Of a DNA stretch of 20,000 nucleotides, positions 16,717 to 20,000 are shown in pieces. Position 1 is the first letter of the stretch, and each line of letters begins with the position of its first letter. Source of the DNA: an uncultured virus (IMG/VR IMGVR_UViG_3300033388_003316) (Duplodnaviria; Heunggongvirae; Uroviricota; Caudoviricetes); the IMG/VR virus record IMGVR_UViG_3300033388_003316; one strand, written 5' to 3'. The notes under the pieces were generated by a model that searched no databases, was not told the origin of the DNA, and saw nothing but the letters and a program-made list of their open reading frames with translations. The position numbers and the translations under genes were made by a program.

Positions 16717-17023
16717 AAGATTCAAGTTTCTCTTGAATTGTGTGAAGTACCCACACTGCACCAGAGGCTAGACAACCATCTAAGAATATGTTTAAGTATT
16801 CGATTGAAATATTTAATTGTTCAGTTGGTGAATACATAAATATTGATAATAATACTCCCCACCAAAAAGGTAAGCACATCATACAACCAAACAATTTACC
16901 AAAAAAACTTGGGTCATCTGAATCAACACCAACGATATTCCTAAACTTTTTAAATATTGAACCGAACACCATAATATTACTTGCGCCGTATACTGTGACT
17001 ATAAAAATTAATAACTCTACCAT
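16715..17023 (-). CDS. DUF1360-like small membrane protein with CxxC motif
   Basis: Three hydrophobic segments and KLFGCMMCLPFWWG (CxxC-xx-FW). The only credible minus-strand gene; ends at the shared terminator. Confidence 0.7.
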   Translation of the reverse strand: MVELLIFIVTVYGASNIMVFGSIFKKFRNIVGVDSDDPSFFGKLFGCMMCLPFWWGVLLSIFMYSPTEQLNISIEYLNIFLDGCLASGAVWVLHTIQEKLES

Positions 17024-17089
17024 AATTTTTTATTTTAAAATTAAGTATAAAGGTATAATAAGTAAATATTTAATATAAAATAAAATTAT

Positions 17090-17482
17090 ATGAAAAAAAA
17101 TACAGAAGAAGAAAACTTTGCTGGTGTTTTAGTCAAAGCAAAGGACACTGGCAGGGTGTTTTTGATGTTGAGAAGTCCAAGCCCTAACCATGGTTTAACT
17201 TGGGGATTGATAAGTGGTGGACTTGATAGTGGTGAGGACATACTTGAAGGACTTAAAAGAGAAATATCAGAAGAAACTCAAATAAACCCAAATATAATCA
17301 AATATAACTTTATTCATAGTGAAGAAGAAAGGGGTGGGTTATTTTATTATTACGAAGGCTTTACAGATTCAGAATTTATACCTACATTAGATTATGAGAA
17401 TTTAGAGTATGGTTGGTTTGAAAAAGATAATTTACCAAGTCCATTATACCCAGAATTACACAATAAAATTAATTTAATATGA
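17090..17482 (+). CDS. NUDIX hydrolase
   Basis: Nudix box GGLDSGEDILEGLKREISEETQ (G-x5-E-x7-RE-xx-EE); C-terminal EYGWF...LPSPLYP. Confidence 0.9.
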   Translation: MKKNTEEENFAGVLVKAKDTGRVFLMLRSPSPNHGLTWGLISGGLDSGEDILEGLKREISEETQINPNIIKYNFIHSEEERGGLFYYYEGFTDSEFIPTLDYENLEYGWFEKDNLPSPLYPELHNKINLI

Positions 17483-17805
17483 ATGAAAAAAAAAATTATT
17501 CTATAGAAAATGGTTATATGAGTATTCATGAGCTATTGGCCACCAACGGGGTTAATCAGAGAAATTTAATTAATAATCTAGAAAGGGAAGAGCAAATAGA
17601 TGGTAGGGAAAGTTATGATATGATTGAAGCTGACATTAAAGCTAATATAAATAAAACCAATTTAAGTAAAGAGCGTTATATAAATGATATTAAGGGTGGT
17701 TTAGGTGACTTAATTAAAAAAGAACCCAACACAATCAAGATTATCAAAAAAACTACATTAAATAAGTTTACTGATATAATAAAAAAAATATTTACAAAGT
17801 TTTGA
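17479..17805 (+). CDS. Hypothetical protein
   Basis: 108-aa ORF overlapping the NUDIX stop (ATGA). Confidence 0.65.
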   Translation: MNEKKNYSIENGYMSIHELLATNGVNQRNLINNLEREEQIDGRESYDMIEADIKANINKTNLSKERYINDIKGGLGDLIKKEPNTIKIIKKTTLNKFTDIIKKIFTKF

Positions 17806-17806
17806 T

Positions 17807-18037
17807 ATGAGATACGAACAAGTTTTATTAACAATTAGAAATATTCTAGAAAATGAATTAATTGAAAAAAAAGGACTAACACTAATATACCAATTAGATG
17901 AAAATGACCATAAAAAACTAGATGAAGAAGTTTATATACAAATTAATGGACACATCAATGAACATGAACATAGTGATGTGTTCGAAATAGAATTAGGTGG
18001 TATTTTAGTTAAGTTTATCAAAAAAAAATTAGTTTAA
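17807..18037 (+). CDS. Hypothetical protein
   Basis: 76-aa ORF, tightly packed. Confidence 0.65.
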   Translation: MRYEQVLLTIRNILENELIEKKGLTLIYQLDENDHKKLDEEVYIQINGHINEHEHSDVFEIELGGILVKFIKKKLV

Positions 18038-18051
18038 TTAAATATATTTAT

Positions 18052-18059
18052 TATATTTG
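18052..18059 (+). promoter_or_regulatory. Bacteroidota-type -7 element upstream of rnhB
   Basis: TATATTTG at 18052-18059 in the intergenic gap (second copy at 18127-18134). The -33 element is imperfect. Confidence 0.45.
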
Positions 18060-18137
18060 TGTTATTGAAGAAAAATACATTATTGAAACTTAATCAATAT
18101 TGGTATAGATGAAAATTTAAAAATTTTATATTTGAAC

Positions 18138-18761
18138 ATGTTACGAAATTATAGTAAGGAAAATGGGTTAAAATTGGTTTGTGGTGTTGATGAAACTGGT
18201 TGGGGTGCGTTTGCTGGCCCTATTGTAACAGCTTCAATTATACTACCACCAGATTTTGAATCAGAACTAATTGTGGACTCCAAATTAATTTGTAAGTCAA
18301 AAAATAAGATTCAGAAAGCATATGATTTAATAATTAAAAACGCACTATACGTTAGTTGTACAGCCGTACAAGCTGGAATAATTAATGATATAGGACCAAT
18401 GCCAGCACTAACAAAGTGTTTACATAATTCAATTGACGGTTTGGGTGTTACACCAGAATACTTATTAGTTGATGGTGATAAATACACCTCTGGACATAAC
18501 ATACCATATGAGTTAGTAACTAAGGGTGATAATACATATCTTTCTATTGCTGCCGCATCAATTGTAGCTAAGTATAGGCGAGATGAGTATATGACTAAAG
18601 TTCATGAGGAATTCCCACACTATAATTTTAAAGGTAGTAAAGGTTACTACTGTGCTAAACATAAGGTTGGGTTAATGGAACACGGCAAATGTCGTTACCA
18701 TAGAGATAAATATGTGAATACTTGGACCAAGAATAAAGGGATAATTTTACCAAATGAATAA
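18138..18761 (+). CDS. rnhB: Ribonuclease HII
   Basis: GVDETGWGAFAGP, DSK, LLVDG, KGD...SIAAASIVAK..RD, KGY...H, HR motifs. ATG 18138 (track uses TTG 18132). Confidence 0.92.
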   Translation: MLRNYSKENGLKLVCGVDETGWGAFAGPIVTASIILPPDFESELIVDSKLICKSKNKIQKAYDLIIKNALYVSCTAVQAGIINDIGPMPALTKCLHNSIDGLGVTPEYLLVDGDKYTSGHNIPYELVTKGDNTYLSIAAASIVAKYRRDEYMTKVHEEFPHYNFKGSKGYYCAKHKVGLMEHGKCRYHRDKYVNTWTKNKGIILPNE

Positions 18762-18990
18762 GATAATCAATATAGATACGTTAGAACTACATGAATTAGA
18801 TGATAAACAAATAGACCAGATGTGTGAAATTTGTGAAAACACATTATTCTGTCAACCAATGAATACAAACCAATACAACCAATGTGAGGGTTCAAATTGT
18901 GATTTAGCGTTTGATTTATTCATTAGTGAATTAAAAAAAGAACGTGATAAAAATATTAAATTAATAGAAGATGTTTGTAAATTAATTTAA
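18754..18990 (+). CDS. Small Cys-rich hypothetical protein
   Basis: 78 aa with CEIC...C...CEGSNC; overlaps the rnhB stop. Confidence 0.6.
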   Translation: MNKIINIDTLELHELDDKQIDQMCEICENTLFCQPMNTNQYNQCEGSNCDLAFDLFISELKKERDKNIKLIEDVCKLI

Positions 18991-18997
18991 AAATAAC

Positions 18998-19028
18998 TTG
19001 TTTTAATAATATTTTATATTTATATTTG
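18998..19028 (+). promoter_or_regulatory. Bacteroidota housekeeping-type promoter
   Basis: TTG 18998-19000, 20-nt spacer, TATATTTG 19021-19028; ATG at 19049. Confidence 0.7.
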
Positions 19029-19048
19029 TTTAACATTAAAACTAAAAT

Positions 19049-19543
19049 ATGAAAAATTTACTATTTTTAATTACAATTACAATATTAGTTTTTACCTCAT
19101 GTGAAAAACAATTAATAGAACCTAATTATGTTGAGGTTTCAGAAGCAGAAGTTGACACAACATCTTGGAACTCTGGATATACTAATGGTGGTACATTACC
19201 TAACGGTGGTGGGACATTTACTAATGGTTTAATTGAGACCACTTGGGTACTAACTAAGATAGTTTCCGCATTTGCAACGGAATTTCCAGACGATACAATT
19301 TACTTTGTGGATAATACCCATTACACTTTGAATAACGGAGCGGTGAGGAATTACCAACTTAGTCAACTTCCAAACTCAAGTAACTTTGATTTAAGTCTAT
19401 ATTATTTCGCACCGTTTGGTGGTAGCCAATATTCTGGACAAGTAGGTCAATACTTTATAGATGATGCCGAAATAAACAATGTCGAATTTACCGACATTCA
19501 GAACCCAAGTACCGTAACAAGGGCTTGGTTTGAAAAGATTTAA
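19049..19543 (+). CDS. Putative lipoprotein (SPII signal; possibly lipocalin-like beta fold)
   Basis: MKNLLFLITITILVFTS-CEKQ lipobox, Gly/Asn linker, then TTWVLTKI. Confidence 0.75.
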   Translation: MKNLLFLITITILVFTSCEKQLIEPNYVEVSEAEVDTTSWNSGYTNGGTLPNGGGTFTNGLIETTWVLTKIVSAFATEFPDDTIYFVDNTHYTLNNGAVRNYQLSQLPNSSNFDLSLYYFAPFGGSQYSGQVGQYFIDDAEINNVEFTDIQNPSTVTRAWFEKI

Positions 19544-19545
19544 CA

Positions 19546-19737
19546 ATGGAAAAAAACGAAGAGAAAGCAAAACTGTACGACCAGTATGTGCACCAAGGTA
19601 GCCGATTAGATAGAGAAATATCTAAATTAAAAGCTGATTATATTCCAAATATACCACTTTATATCCAACAAATAATTGATAAAAAGAAAGTTGAGTTGGA
19701 TTTATTGGATAAAAAAATAAAAGAATTATATAAATAA
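19546..19737 (+). CDS. Hypothetical protein (helical hairpin)
   Basis: 63-aa ORF starting 2 nt after the lipoprotein stop. Confidence 0.6.
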   Translation: MEKNEEKAKLYDQYVHQGSRLDREISKLKADYIPNIPLYIQQIIDKKKVELDLLDKKIKELYK

Positions 19738-19738
19738 A

Positions 19739-19770
19739 TTTGGTAGATTAAAATAAAATATTTATATTTG
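19739..19770 (+). promoter_or_regulatory. Bacteroidota housekeeping-type promoter (full consensus)
   Basis: TTTG 19739-19742, 20-nt spacer, TATATTTG 19763-19770; ATG at 19804. Confidence 0.75.
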
Positions 19771-19803
19771 TAATCTAAACAATTAACAAAAACAAAAAAT
19801 AAG

Positions 19804-20000
19804 ATGAAAAAAGTATTATTAGTATTCGCATTATTAGGGTTAGTTTTAACTTCAACTTCATGTAATAAAGAAACGATTGAACCAGTCGAACCAACACCAA
19901 CAATTACAGAACCAACAGTGGTAAACCCAGATAACACAAATAATGGTGGTGAAGCAAATAATGGTGGTGAAGCAAATAATGGTGGTGAAACAAATAATGG
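19804..20000 (+). CDS. Putative lipoprotein, 3'-truncated by window edge
   Basis: MKKVLLVFALLGLVLTSTS-CNKETIEPVEPTPTITEPTVVNPDNTNNGGEANNGGEANNGGETNN. Not in the ORF track. Confidence 0.75.
   Translation, partial: MKKVLLVFALLGLVLTSTSCNKETIEPVEPTPTITEPTVVNPDNTNNGGEANNGGEANNGGETNN
19937..20000 (+). repeat. 18-nt in-frame tandem repeat encoding NNGGE(A/T)
   Basis: CAAATAATGGTGGTGAA(G/A), at least 3.5 copies, running off the window edge. Confidence 0.9.

Noticed and set aside
14716..18028. Other long A runs (near 14716, 17093, 17486, 18020) as frameshift sites
   Set aside because: They lie near gene starts or ends with no long start-less alternative frame filling a gap, unlike 11895-11904.
3282..19937. 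Numerous minus-strand ORFs in the track (e.g. 3282-3524, 3867-4211, 4242-4880, 7465-7809, 9261-9596, 12607-12849, 19659-19937) and + strand 16788-17078
   Set aside because: They lie antisense to well-supported genes and have the S/L/F/I-rich composition expected of shadow ORFs.
1..20000. Stop-codon reassignment as in Lak or some crAss-like phages
   Set aside because: Genes are full length in code 11, and TAG (8397, 15188, 15440) and TGA (7780, 17482, 17805) end genes immediately before the next start.
19937..20000. CRISPR array
   Set aside because: Head-to-tail 18-nt repeat with no spacers, in frame within a lipoprotein linker.

Overview
Very AT-rich, gene-dense window, almost entirely on the + strand, that reads as part of a large (jumbo/mega) dsDNA phage genome with a T4-like replication/recombination gene set. 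A Bacteroidota host is inferred from TTG-N20-TAnnTTTG promoters, a Bacteroidota-type RpoD-like sigma factor, an Hc1 histone-like protein, SPII lipoproteins and A-rich, SD-less start regions. Gene order: primase 3' end, PD-(D/E)XK exonuclease, SbcD/Mre11, small coiled-coil gene, SbcC/Rad50, UVR-motif protein, sigma factor, envelope cassette (multi-TM coiled-coil protein, degenerate amidase, TM/beta-signal protein), a structured intergenic region, probable head-associated proteins, endolysin, Hc1, small membrane proteins, NUDIX, RNase HII, and two lipoproteins. Main observations: (1) an apparent -1 frameshift/slippage site at an A10 run (11895-11904) that would extend a 610-aa protein by 85 aa; (2) a probably catalytically dead amidase paralogue of the endolysin inside a possible envelope-spanning operon; (3) an SbcCD pair apparently split at a non-canonical boundary; (4) a 26-bp hairpin at 9654-9712. 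All assignments come from motif recognition by eye; no database searches were run.
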